From Antedon mediterranea (Eukaryota > Animalia > Echinodermata): 64,000 bases of DNA. The DNA is taken from assembly GCF_964355755.1 (NCBI RefSeq), contig NC_092672.1, positions 1,302,001 through 1,366,000 of the forward strand, written 5' to 3'. The position numbers were made by a program, and so were the translations under genes. This document shows positions 25,629 to 39,817 of the stretch, piece after piece. Positions within the stretch are counted from its first letter, which is position 1. Each line of letters opens with the position of its first letter. The notes beneath the pieces are model-generated. The model saw only the letters and a program-made list of their open reading frames with translations, ran no database searches and was not told where the DNA came from.

Positions 25629-26685
25629 CTGAAAAAAGATTTAAAATTAATTAAAAAATTAGTTTAACCAAACATATCGGTGACACCATCATAATACAGC
25701 AGTTAATCTTTTGTGTACAAAAATTGATATTATATTATCAGCGTGTCTGAACGCGCGCGTAATAATGTTTATCGAGCTATGGTGTTATCGCCAATTTACC
25801 GGTATTACTTTAACAAATAAATAAAATGTATGTATGTTCAATCGATTCTGCAGCTGTCTTTAGGTAGATTCTAACCGACTGTTGACAGTCAGCTAGATAT
25901 GAGTCTTTAATACATGTTATCACTGTCACTAGGTTGGTATGTGGAGACAATGTATAAATTGTGTTTAGCTGCAGAATCGTGTGCGTGTGGATAAGTTCCT
26001 TATATTGTACTTTATTCAGAGCAACAACATGGGTTTGGCCGTTTATCCATTGGATAGACTTAGTTACATAACCTTTGACATTTAAACCTTTTTTATCTGA
26101 AGTTAAAAACCAACATGCATTAAGCATCTTGTCTGAAACTACAAACAAAACAATTTTGCCAACCATAATTATCTCATCCGATTCTTAGTGCTGTCTCCAC
26201 ATAATATGTACATATATCACAGGAAAATAACGTAATACAACATCCTATGTGTTTCACATGTGATGCCTGTATCATGGAAGGTTAATTTGATGGTATAGTA
26301 CAGGCTTCACATTTGTTTCGAACGTGAAGTTGTATCACGGAATTCAGCTTATGATACAGGGCGAATTCGGTTAAAGAGATTCAGCTATTAATTGTCACTT
26401 TCTTAATCAACTTTCCTTTAATATTCACATATAAGTGGATTTTCTTTCTTTCACGTCGTCCATTAGCCTAAGTGTTTAAATGTGTAAAATGTAACCACAT
26501 TACACTGTAGATAATACAATTTAAAAGAGACTGAGCCAAAATGTCTGAATTAAGAAGTTTTTTGTTGTCAGCCTATAAATAAGTAATTATATTTGCTGAG
26601 ACTGCTTTTACATATAATAGAATAAAGATAAAGTACATGGTGCAGAAATGGACATTTAATATTCGCCAACAATCACTTTCTTTAA

Positions 26686-26815
26686 AGCTCTCAATCAAAC
26701 TAGTTTGGCATAAACGAATAAAAAAACATGGTAGTGATATGACGTCATCGTGTTCATATATGGGCACATCACATTTTTTGTTTGTCACATCAAGTTTGAT
26801 AGTGTGGACAGAGCT
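26686..26815. mobile_element. MITE family A copy (one internal unit)
   Basis: TAA-agctc...atcaaactagtttg ... agtttgatagtgtggacagagct-TTA. Confidence 0.78.
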
Positions 26816-27852
26816 TTAAGCTACATATCGATCTCATTTCTTTGCACTAAACATAAACTTTTTTCGTATCCAAGACAGGGCCACAATGAAAAACAGGTTT
26901 TTCTTTTAACTAAATGATTGTGAAATCACGGATAAATTTGTTGTTGAATAAATAAATGAAATGTAACGTGGTGGTTTAGAAGCTGGGCTACCAATAATCC
27001 CATGGTCCTGGGTCCAAATCCTGTCAGATTCCATGTCTTTTTTTCTTATGATAGAACAACTTCCAAAAACTGTTAAGACTTTGTTAGAAAATATTAATTT
27101 ATTTCTTGAACGCTCTTTCATTTCTATTGGTTTAAGTTGAACTGCAATTTTCCAAACTGGCTTAAATGATGAAGAAGAAACCCATATCATAACAAGGCTT
27201 ACGGTGTCTTACCAACAATATTCCTAATACAAGTATAATGCCAATTTCTAGTTTATTGATAGCTTATGCGCTTACCTAATAGAGCCTTGGTATTACATTA
27301 TTCGTAATTACATAGCTACTACTTTTTATTTCGTTAAAACAATTATTGTCAAAGAAACCGTCTCTCTAAGATTACTATGGCTTTTCAAACCAACCCCTGG
27401 TTAATCATTTGCGTAAAAACTGTGAACATTTAATAATAAAAAAAATATTAAAAACAAAGTTGATTTCATTGATGTTATTGTTATAGTTGTTAGACACGTG
27501 GAGCCCAATCTGAACATTATTATTTATTTATTTTCCTGTTTTTGTTTGTTATGTACTGTGATTTATTTTTTTTACTTTTTTACTTTTAAACCCTTTTTAA
27601 CTGGTGGTCATGATTTAAAGTTGTCCGCAACTTATTTTGACGTCCATCCGCACATTTTTGATGTTTTTTATGTTTATTGTAATGTTTAAGTTATGTGTCT
27701 ATCTTATTTGTAATTTGTAATTTTTTTCTTTTATTTTAAAATGTGTGGAGAAACTAATAAAACAAACAAACAAACAAACATCCATGAGCAGGGTGGTTGT
27801 TAACTGGAAAATTATTACTTTTTTGTTGAACCAAATAATACAGACAAATACT

Positions 27853-27895
27853 TTAGTGACGTTTCGTTGACATGCTGTCGACTTCTTCAAACTAA
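27853..27895 (-). ncRNA. Minimal type I hammerhead ribozyme-like motif (C3U variant), Penelope-type
   Basis: Minus strand: uuagu-UUGAAGA-a-gucgaca-gca-ugucaac-GAAAC-GUC-acuaa; stem I 5 bp, stem II 6 of 7 pairs, palindromic ACGU helix III. Confidence 0.65.
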
Positions 27896-29716
27896 TGTTT
27901 GGAATGGCCTCATACTTTTTCAGTTAATTATATTCGGAACCAGATGAATTTTTTTAATATGGTGGTTGTTATTAAGGAGAACAATAATAAATAATTGAAA
28001 AGAAAAAAATATATACATTGCCGGTTTTAAATACATATTATTATTATTGTTATTGACAATTAAGTAATGTAACATGAGACAGACCTGCCCTAACATTGCT
28101 GCAAGCAAAATTACCAATTTTAATATCAAAATGTCGACCAAGATTGATTGGTTCTAGTGTTTGTTTATGCTCATCACTTATGGATATATATATTTTTTTG
28201 ATATATTAATTATTAAATGGTTTTAATGTTTTTAATGTATGTTGAGTTCTAGTGAGTTAAAAGCCTTTTTTATTTATTTTACGATGTTTACACATCATGT
28301 CAGATATTTACAGAGAGCTTAAAACTTTTAATTCACTAAAGAAACACATTACTTTTAACACATCAAGGTAAATAGATAAAAACTATTGTTATTACTTTTT
28401 CTATATACCTGCCTATATCGGTGATATATAACGACAGTTATTTCTCAAAACGAAACTTACGCTTAAGTCAATGCTTTAAGCTACCACGTTCACTAAACGC
28501 CTGTAGAAAGACCAGGGATCATGTAACAAGCATTACATCAACTCGTATGCATACAATGCATCAGAGTAAACATGCAGTACCTTCTACACTACTGAAATAA
28601 TGTATCTTACTAATAATATAACACTATATTATTAAAATTTTAATTTAATACCATGTGGGAATTTACAGTGATATATTACACAATTATCTCTGTACAAATA
28701 GGGCTAAAAGCCATTAACATCGTTGGCAGGCACTCCTGTAAAACAAATTGGCAATAAAAAGATATTAACTAAGTGTTATATATAGTACAAAATATCATTC
28801 ATCATTTTATTACGCGCGCGTGCCTATTGGCTATTATGTATGGGGTATAATGTTACAGCGGTGTCGATATAATCAATGTTGTGGAGTGTTACAAAGGTAA
28901 TGAAAAAAACAACAATTACTGTATTTTATTTTATATTTATTTCATCACTTCCGGTACACATATTCGACCAATTCTCTAAAATGATATTCAGTAGTATCAT
29001 AGAAGAGTAAAATTACAATTTAATAAATTAATTTCATTCTTTCTTGGTAATACAGTATTATAATTGTCACACAATAGACATATTTGAATTGCATACAATA
29101 ATTATTATTATATGACAATGACAATGACAATGACAATGCAGGCTATTTTATTTTGAATACCTGTGTAGCGGATGGCAACTACTGCAGACTATTTTTATTT
29201 TGAATATTTGATTTGCGATTTGCAGAAGATGATTTAGAGGTTTTGCGTAAATTTAAATGTTGTTTTTCAAATAATGAAAAGAAAATAAGAAAAATAAATA
29301 ATGATATTGCCACTTTTCATAAATTAATGTTCTAATCATGAATGTTTCCTCTTGAGATGCTCAAGGTAATTTCATTTTTAATTTGCTAATAAAAACCTTA
29401 TCTTGTTTTTCAAATTTCACACTTGCTTGCTGTTCAACTTATATCAATATTAATTAATTCATTTTTATAAATTTATTCAACGAAACCAACTCTTAGCGAA
29501 TTTACGACGTAGAGTTTTCTCTATGGAGTGAGTGTAGAATGGGCTTTTATCCTATTCTCACTGCTGGTTATTATTCATCGGTATGAATAATAATAATAAT
29601 CATTTTTATTATTAGTCCCTTCCAGTGTCAATTTGAAAATCGACACCAACGACGCACGCCAACGCCTCATTCAATTTGATGTTTCGTAGGACTCGTGAAC
29701 GTGCACATGGGTCGTA

Positions 29717-29862
29717 GTCTACACTATCAAACTAGTTTGACAAAACACGTGTGATGTGCCCAAATATGGTAGTGATATACCCCAATATGGTATTGATATG
29801 ACATCATCATGTCCATATGGGCACATCACATTTTGTTGTCACATAAAGTGTGATAGTGTAGA
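29717..29862. mobile_element. MITE family A copy (eroded ends)
   Basis: gtctacactatcaaactagtttgacaaaa...two 21-bp units...tgatagtgtaga. Confidence 0.75.
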
Positions 29863-29945
29863 AAGAGATTTAGTGGTGGTGTTATTCCATTGGTCTGGGC
29901 CGATGGTCGTTGGTCGCGTCATCAACATAACTTATGACACTTTAA

Positions 29946-30124
29946 AGCTTGGTTGCCACTAGAACGTAACGCAAGGACGTAAACGCAACGCAAGCGTTTT
30001 AACCAATGACAAGCAAAGTTATAGACAGTTAGCAATCACAAGCGAATAAGCCATCGCTTGTGATTGGTCAATTCACTTGCGTTGCGTTACGTCCTTGCGT
30101 TGCGTCGCTAGTGGGAACCACGCT
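29946..30124 (+). mobile_element. MITE family B (179 bp, Harbinger-like)
   Basis: TIR agcttggttgccactagaacgtaacgcaaggacgtaa / ttacgtccttgcgttgcgtcgctagtgggaaccacgct; TWA flanks; near-identical inverted copy at 34985-35163. Confidence 0.85.
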
Positions 30125-31799
30125 TTAAGTTCACTGGGAAGTTTAACAGTTTTTTTGTTTATAATAAACTAATTACTAATTTTTGTTTTATTTTGTAATT
30201 TAGCGCATGCAAGGTACAACATGTGTGTGGCACCACCAGCTATATAAGTTTGACGATGGATTTCTGCATCCAATAATAACACAACAGTGACCGAGTCGTT
30301 TAACGTGTGCGAACAGGTCGCCATGGTTTGTATGCGAAACGAATGAAATACATTTTGATTGTACCGTGCTCATATTATGTTGTATGTTATTTGATTCTTT
30401 GAGTGGGAGTTGGCATGGTAGGGATAAGAGTAACAAGCTACGGTTTGAATATTATACAGAAATCATCAGTGAGAAGAATCTGACTTTCGCTCTCGTCCTC
30501 AGGCCGAGTAACTGTTATAGTCACTCATCATATTCACATTTTTTGTGATAATTTTAATGGAATGTGGAAATAAAACTGTACCAAAACGACTTTTCAGTTC
30601 CGTAAATATTGTTTAACTCTAAGGCATTGTGCTAGAATCATTCAATTTGCAACGGATATGTGGCATTGCATTTCGATAAATAATACCACGTCAATCACAA
30701 CGTCAATTAAGCAAGGCAAAATAACCTACAATTCGTATGTTGTACTATTTTCTTATGTTACATAAATGACATATGAACTTCTAAATAACATTATTCAAAC
30801 CTATAAAAACAGTTGAAGAGAATGAGAGAAAGGAAAACATTTCTATGCCAACTACTAATGGAATCACTAGAATCTTATTGGAATAACATTCAACAATAAT
30901 ACTGTTTGTTTATCCTATCATACTCCTTAATGCAATCTTATTTTCCTGCGTAAATGTTTTCGTCATTATTGATTTCAAACATAGCCGTCGGTAAAAAAAG
31001 AAACACAAAGTTGATATGCGCGTACACACGTTGATAAGTGTGCGCGCGCGTGCAAATGATGATCTTTCCGTACGCGCGCGTTGATTCCTATTGGCGGTGC
31101 CTTTTTCGGAATGGATAAACATTGAAAAAAAATGTAATTAGTTTAAAATAATGTTTGAGATCACGTAATTGGTAAAACGAAAATGCAATTTTAATATAGG
31201 CCTACAACACGCCTTCAGTGTAATAATTCATTAATTACGGACAGTAACACAATGCGTTGCATCACCAGTGGTGAGTTTGTTTCATATAAACTTTTTGTTG
31301 TTCTTGTCTTAAGTAAAATCATAAACAGCAGTTAAATCACGTAGGCGATACGACCACTTATTAAAATTATAGGCAATCTATACAGACAATGACTACCCAC
31401 AATTGGAAACAATAAAACACGTACGTAGTAGATGTTATAGCCAGTATTATTCTACACACGTAGGTGTAGGAAATATATATAATTGCATTAACCTAGGAGA
31501 AGAATGTCTTTATTTATGTCAAACTTTAAAGTACCGTCCAACCATGGGGAAATTGGTTCAACAACTTTGTGCTCAAAAAATTGAAACGGATTAAAATGGC
31601 AATTATTTCTATATTAAAGGTTTCTGTGTGTTTTATTCGAGGAAAATTCGAGGGTTAATATTCATTGGTGCCCACGTACATGCTTGCTTTACTGTTCGAT
31701 AATGTTTGACAAACTTGTCTCTTTTGGATTCTTCTATTCAATTGTGGGCGTGCGTATATTGATGTCAGACCATTCTAAATAATAAACCTTTTCTGAACT

Positions 31800-31935
31800 A
31801 CTGTGCCAGAATTTTACTCGCACTGTTCACACTAACCTATAAATTGTAAAACTACGTCTGTGCCCGAAGTTTACTCGCATTGTTTAGACTAACCTATGAA
31901 TTGTCTAATACAGCTGTGCCCGAATTTTACTCGCA
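31800..31935. repeat. About 57-bp tandem repeat, about 2.4 copies
   Basis: ctgtgcc.gaa.tttactcgca...actaacctat.aattgt recurs three times. Confidence 0.75.
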
Positions 31936-32402
31936 AACAAATGTTTGTAACGCGATTAAATTTCATGATTCAAATAATCATAACACTTGATGGTGATGCC
32001 GTGGTACCGCCGTCATTATCACAGTACGTTGAAGTAAGCAGGTTCTACAGTGAGCGATATAAAGCTGATCGCGTTATGATACACCTCAAGTGTGGCTTTT
32101 ATTATTAGCCTGAGTATTGGGAGATTAATTGACTGCTTTCTATTAATTTACCTAGGTAATCATTAAAAGTAATGGAAGCACAAGCAGCACGTTAAGACAA
32201 CTATCACTTAAATTCACGTATTATTTATTTTGATTATTATTGGACACATTACTGATATTAGTAATTAATATATTAATGCGATTGTTCTTTTACTGACGCA
32301 TTGGTTTGGGCTCGCTGATATTATGCTTAAGCATTAAACAATATTAACATTATAGACCTTTGTTTTTGTGGAGATGCGGTAATCATTTAGGATGATGCTT
32401 AA

Positions 32403-32582
32403 AGCTGTCTACACTACTACACTAGTTTGACAAAAAGTGTGATGTGTCCAAGTATGGTAGTTATATGCCCAAATATGGTAGTGATATGTCCAAATATGGT
32501 AGTGATGTGACATCATCGTGTCCATATAATTGGCCCATCGCATTTTTTTTGTCACATAAAGTTTGATAGTGTAGACAGAGCT
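32403..32582. mobile_element. MITE family A copy (three internal units)
   Basis: agctgtctacact ... agtttgatagtgtagacagagct. Confidence 0.8.
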
Positions 32583-33004
32583 ATAGAATGCATTGATGAT
32601 TGGTTAATGCGTTCCGCGCTGCTGGCCTCATTTGTTCAAAATCTTTCGTTAATACAAATGGCTATTTAGGGTGTAGTTTTGCTAAATATATTTCCGAACT
32701 TGGGGTGCATTAGCGGAGAAATGTAGGTGAGGGGTTTTTATGGATACGAAGTGATGGATAATTCGAACTGTCGCTTGTGGTTGGTCAACTCAATTGCGTT
32801 GCGCCTAAGGCGTGGTTTCCACTGAAACACCGACGACGCAACAGTGCTAGCTGGATGGGCATTATGTTGCGTAGGTATAGCGTCGCTAGTGGGAATCAAG
32901 CTAAAACCGTTACGTTACGTCACGTGGACAATTTGTTGGGAGCCGAATGTGTCCCCTTAACATGTTCTACTGAGCAGTACTTACTTTCAACTTGCTTCTT
33001 CTAG

Positions 33005-33111
33005 TTTAAATGGTACATTCGTAAGGATAATGTCAATTCGTTCGTCGTTATCATCCTTTAAATGGTACATTCGTAAGGATAATGTCAATTCGTTCGTCGT
33101 GATCATCCTTT
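33005..33111. repeat. About 52-bp tandem duplication
   Basis: tttaaatggtacattcgtaaggataatgtcaattcgttcgtcgt.atcatcc x2. Confidence 0.9.
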
Positions 33112-34984
33112 TGACTATCTTTGTTTACGTTTTTGTATGACGCGTATGTGATGCATTGCCTCCAAACAGCACTTGAGTGTCTCTTTAAATCTCAAGTGAT
33201 TGGGCAGTATTATTAATTGGCTTCAAGGGCCTCTTAAGGACCGACGTAATAAAATAGACTTCTTATAATGTCGTGTGGAAAGATTTAATACGAACATGGC
33301 TGTATTATTAATAGCCAATACTCAAAATCACTGTTTGCAACTAGTAGTACTGCAAATCGGATACAATACAATGACTTTTGTCATCCAAACCATTTACCTT
33401 TGTATATTTTGGAACAAAATACAACATTTTTTTGTTTGTTTCTTATGATTGTTTGTAGTTTATCAATTTTCTAGTAAATACAAATCTTCAAAAAATCTAT
33501 TCAGACGCGCACATATATACGTGTGGATAAGTAGGCCTATTGATGCGTCCGTGCGTACAAAATCCTATCACGGCTAATCCAATCCGTTGACTGTGATTGG
33601 TCAACGTTCGTTGCGCGTGATCTTAAACTGCGCCTAATATAGCATGAACACGCGCGACAATTTGAAAAAGCCAATAAACGATCCCGATTTATATAGTCTT
33701 GTGTGTATTTGTGTTTTCTTATTTCTTTCTTAATATAAGACTAGAATATTTGTACATGCAGGAAAGACAACGTTTCCTAATCCTACTACAGAATATATCA
33801 ATATTTTAGAATTAAGTACTTGACTTTGAATGTAAGTTTGATTTACTGTAAGTTATAAAATCAAATCAAACACAATTTAACGTTTTGTCAACGCGGACAC
33901 AAGTTGTTGACAAATTAGAAACGACAGACCACCAAGCAAAGATTGATCAACTTTGACATCCATACCTCACATTTGGCGGAGTGATAAGGCCTACTGTGAT
34001 TATTAACAGTACAATGATATAATAACATGAATCAATGCGCATATAAAGTAGTGTAGTTTGGTGAATCGATTATATTAATCGGTTATGCAGCAGATTCTTA
34101 CACAGTATCATGTCTAGAGACTGCAGGAATGTTTCATGTCAAGCGATAGTAACCAGGATCACCCACAACACACGTATAGCACCTATGTAATAATTGAGAC
34201 AAGTAAGAAAGTTTCTTAGTCAGCAGACAAAAAAAAGCAGGTAATCTTTAAATAGAGAAATTACAGAATAAGTTTTAAAATCGAAAACGTTTTCATTAAA
34301 ATTCTGCCAGGGATTCGTTTGTGTAGAGAGAGCTTAAGATGGTAAACGTTATTTGACAGTATGAAACTGTACAACCAACTGAACAATACTCTTAACAAAA
34401 ACAATACTCTTAACAAAAACAATACTCTTGAAAAAAACTAAATTTAGGAGTAAACTTTCTTTTTTTTAAACTTATATATAAATTAGGATCCAAGGAAGTT
34501 ATTTGATAAAAAAACATCTCATTTATTCATAACCGATTACTTATTAAGATAAAAAATGTGATGACTTATTGCGAACACTTCAATTATTCAAAGATTATTT
34601 AGATTCTAAGTTATTTCATCAAACTTTAAAGTACACATTTATTTTTCAAAAAAAAAAGACTTAATGCTCAATAAACGTGATACAATGCATTAACCCAGCC
34701 CACGGGAGAATAACACTGTGCTTATGTCAATACATTTTATACGGCTGTGAGCAACAGTGCCAATATATTCATTTATCCTTAAAATAGTGTAAATGTAACA
34801 AATTACGCAAATACACGTGTCTTTAGAGGAGGTGGGAAATTGTTTTAAACCATTATGCTATCAATTATTAATGTGGTTGCTAAAACATATGTTGTGAAAG
34901 TCGAACAATATGAGTAAAAGTTTAATCAACTCAAAATAGATTTTCTTGTTTTTTTCTATATTTCGAATCTACATAGGCCCCTTA

Positions 34985-35163
34985 AGCGTGGTCCTCACTA
35001 GCGACGCAACACAAGGACGTAACGCAACGCAAGTGAATTGACCAATCACAAGCGATGGCTTATTCGCTTGTGATTGCCAACTGTCTATAACTTCGCTTGT
35101 CATTGGTTAAAACGTTTGCGTTGCGTTTACGTCCTTGCGTTACGTTCTAGTGGGAACCAAGTT
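34985..35163 (-). mobile_element. MITE family B (179 bp), followed by a partial related element
   Basis: TTA on both sides; reverse complement of 29946-30124; a new terminus agcgtggttctcactagcgac starts at 35167. Confidence 0.85.
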
Positions 35164-38100
35164 TTAAGCGTGGTTCTCACTAGCGACACAACGTAACGCA
35201 ACCTACGCAACGTAACAACATGCCATTCCAATCATTGTGTTTGCACCCGCCTGCGTGAAACCAAACCTCCATTTGGTTTGTAGCATCGAATTAATCTGAT
35301 AATTTTTCAAATTAATTTAATAATTTCTAAAATTAAAATTATAGCTTGTGGTGATATAAACGATGTACCGCGTTATACAGCTTTATTACAAATATTAAAC
35401 TTTTTTTTTCAAAACAAAGATCATTGCGCATTAGTATCCTAAAAATGTCTGCATAAAGAGTGTTTAAATTAAACAAACCAAACGTGGGAGAAAGTTTGAC
35501 GAAAGGAGGAGTTTGTTCCAAAGATAAGATGCAACAAATGACAAAGTGTGTCCACGTACGGAACGGAGAACATAACATTAAATAACTAGTTTGAAACATG
35601 TTACAACCATTGTCATAGGATGGATCTCTTTCCTTTGTTCCTTGATCAAAGTGAAGCTTTTTGGTATTCATTGTTGTAAATTACATTCAGTACGTAAACA
35701 TACATGGAAATATTGTATTAATATTTTTGACAATTTGTAATAATAGTTTATAAATTTATATTACTCTTTTTAAATTAAAAATGTGTTCAATGTCACAAGA
35801 AAGTTGTTTTTACATCGAAAGTTATAAAAACAGTTATAAGCAAGCTACATGTGATAGGAAGAGTAGTTAATTCTATTTTAGCACTTTTTGTGCATATAGA
35901 GTTTTACAAATTTTTTTTATATGGTTTTTGTTATTACTTAATATTGTATTGATTTCCTTTGTGTGTGCTGCCTTATAATTGTAGTGTGTTCATACGGTGC
36001 TTTCAGCTTTTGCTGCTTTTTGTATTTTTATACCGAAATAAAATAAAATATAAATAAAAAATTAGGCCACTATGGCAAGACAAGTGCGCCAAAACTACTC
36101 AATCCATACAAGCCACAATTGCTGTTGATTGCTGCTCTTCAATATAATAATCGTTTTATCCTTTGTCTGTTGTAATATTTCCACTTGTCACATGCAATTG
36201 GTAGGTCTACTTTAATTTAATCTTAACATGCATAATAAGTTACTTTAATAAGATCACAATGAATGCCAACACAAATCCATGTCTGTATGTTCATGACATG
36301 CTCTTTGAATTCGGCAAGCCTCTGGCATTAAACCGCACACACATTTCGAACGGATTTGGTAACTGACGTTAAGGTATTTTAATAATTATAATATATTACG
36401 GAAATTAGAATAAATGACAATGTATTGAATGCGTTTTATTATTGAGGTTAACAATTTCTATCACGTTAGCAGATTTTCACGACGTGTCACTCGACTACGC
36501 AACTGTCCAGTAAAGTCTTATACGCATGCTCAGAAACATGTGAGCAATGCGCAGAAAGACATTCGCGTAGTGTATGTATATAGTTTATATCTTAGCTTTA
36601 GCTGCTTCATATAGAATGTAGTCTCTCCCTCTCCACAATATTAACTCTATTCCTGCCTCACTTACTGCTGTCACTCATGGTTACCTTTTTGTCCTCCACT
36701 CGCATCCATAGAGAGCATGCAAGACAATCATAACTATATATTTCTCTTTCCACACTTGTCTCTCCCAGAGTGTCTTCTTAGGAACACTTAAGCACGTCTA
36801 CATTATACATTTAATTTCAATAACACGTTGCATTTTGGGTAATAGGTGTAGACTAACAAAATAATCAGTGAAAAAAATGATAATACTCGGTATCAAAATG
36901 TTCGAGCCCTTTCGACTGGACCGACATAGATGTTCTATCTGATTGCAACATGATAATAATTTGTAAATAATTGTTGTTATTAGCCGTTTCTAATTACCTA
37001 TCATTTCAATTATTTCAATTAATTTTTATGGTACGGGTCATTGAAATTGTAATTAATATTTCACAAATCGGGTATAATCTTCGTAATGACGCTGATTAAA
37101 GCCAGAAAAACATCTATTGTCCGTCGTGTTATTGATTACAGTTATTAGAGTAACAAAAATACTGCAGTCATTTTGTAATATTATTAACACTGATTTACAA
37201 GACATCTTTGTCTGCAGTAATGTCTTCGTTTGGCCTGACACAACATATTATTCAAAGTGTTTATTTTCTTTATTTGTTTCATTATTATTGTATTGCTAAA
37301 TGGAACAATGGGTTCTTCTTTGATTGTATCGATAAATAATTGCTACCATACCATAATAATGGTATTGTATTGATACAAATCTGAACCATATAGGACAGTT
37401 CAATCAATCAATCAATCAATCAATCAAAGTAAACTGTTTTCTCTTAAAGTCCATAATAATAAATTAACAAATAAATTAATTTGATTAAACTAAAAGAGTG
37501 GGGGCAAAATCCAAAAAAAATAAAGCAAAGTTTTCACATCTAGCACGGATTTGGTTATCCGTTGTAAAGCGAAGTCATTCATGCTTACTATTGATTGGTC
37601 AAAATAAAAAAATCGTACGATATCAGCAAATAAATGGCTTCTTGAACCATCGCACCGAGTTCGGAGTCCGAATCAGGTAGGAATTCAAATCGTATGAATT
37701 TGGTGTGAACGATCCTATGCTTTATCACTGAACACATTTTCAATGGTATTTTTTTTATGGCACCTGATGCGATGTGAAAGGAGCTTTATTCTATGCACGA
37801 GAAACATCTACTGAATGTGTCAACACAAACCTGTTAAATAACGCATAATACATTGGCGTCCTGAGATACGTTCAATTAGTACATATTATCCATCGTTGGT
37901 CAATGGCATGGGGCCTTAATTGCCTATTAAACGGTCAACACGAGTTTAAAATGACGATTTATCACTATACAAACTACAATGATAAAATAACAAATACTGA
38001 AGCAGAACAAGAAGGATTAAACGACGCCTTAAAGCGAGTGAAAAAATACATGACACATTATTCTTGGAAATTAGCAGCAATAAACATTCTTTTACTGTTT

Positions 38101-39817
38101 CCCAATAATCATTCCTTTCGTTTGGTTTGATTTATAATATGTACTGTTCACGTTATGGGTTATTTTGCGCGTTATGCTTACACGTATACTTCATATGCTT
38201 ACACGTATACTCCATACTACGTTGCGTTGTGCCTGAATGCCATCATAAAGTGTGCCTAACATTTTATAATTCAGTCTTTATTTTTTTCTTTATTTTTCGT
38301 CCGTGGCATTCAGTGTGAATACAACCTAGTATTTCTATGAACAAGTTATACAAAACAATAATCGCCGCGGATCCAAAGTGTTAGATTTGTTGCACTTTTT
38401 CCGTTCCATACATTACGATTTAAATGTTTGTATAATACGTCTTCCCGTTATTAGGTATAGTTTGCAATTTAATTATGTCTTTAAAATGTCTTGACACAAA
38501 TAAAACCACTTTTGATCTTGCTGTTGGCTATCTTAGTATCTTACATTACATGGTAATTTAAGATGCTTTCAAAGTGGTACAGCCACCACACATTGATTAC
38601 AGTACTTTGTATGTTTGTCGGATACATCTCACTATTATACCTATGCCGAATGTCAATGGTCCCGGCATCCTCATCGTATTAATACAATCTATTCAATTCT
38701 AAATTGATTCTTTGATTGCTAAATGAAATTTAAATAAATAAAATTCATTTTAAATTTCATCTTGATCGATAGCGATTTCTGTATTTTGATCATATCGAAC
38801 TACTTTTCTTTTCTTTTAGCATAGTTTTACCATTTTAAAATGTATGTATATTGTATATATATTGATGGGTACACATCTCGAGTGTCAAAAGCTATCTTCA
38901 CGTATTATTTTACTTGTATGTAGTCTGGCTGATTTATTTACATAAAAAGCAGGCAGCTTAACGCGGCAATCTGAATTAATTTCATATCCATTACAAAGAT
39001 TTACATTACACAGGGTTTTTATAAGGTAAGTTAGATATTTAAGTCGGAGGTTTTATCTTACAACAGGACACGGTCTGACGATCATAAAGCGACCGTATTC
39101 AACGTTATTGCTCATTATCCTTAGTCACGTCGCGTCGCGAAAAACGCGCAATAATAACGCGCGCGTATAACAAAGAATAACTACAGGATATCACTGAATG
39201 AACGCAACAAGACACGGCGATCTGAAGATCATACTATTAAATATATTCAAAAATAAAATCATTATTCTTGTCTTGTTAGACACGTATATCAATAAAGACA
39301 CGCAATGATCTTTTTATTTTAAAAAAATTACCATTTTTATCATTTTAATGCACGGGTGCCTGACTGTGTTAGCGATATAAAACATAAGTTGCTATACATT
39401 TTTGCTACGTTTTTGTACTGGAAAATATAAAATTATTGATTTATGTAAGATAAATATCTAATAATTTTTTACCAAAAATTAAATTAAATATTACTAATAG
39501 GCACACTCTATAGGACTTTCAATATTATACACAACGATTTGGTAACCTAAACTAGCGTACATAATAATATTTTTTTCGACAAAGCTGTGTCTGTAGGCCT
39601 AATACCAGGAATGGAAAAAAAAAATTAAATGATACGACTGTACAAAAGAAATCAATGTTACTGAAGCTAAAAAAATATTTATAAAATATCGTTAAATCTG
39701 GATAAACGAATCATGCATAATGAAGTCTACAAAATCTATGTTAGCATCTATTAGAAATACGTTGAAATCTGTGTTGATATAGGCTACGGTAACGTATAGA
39801 TATTCAAAATTCTTTAA

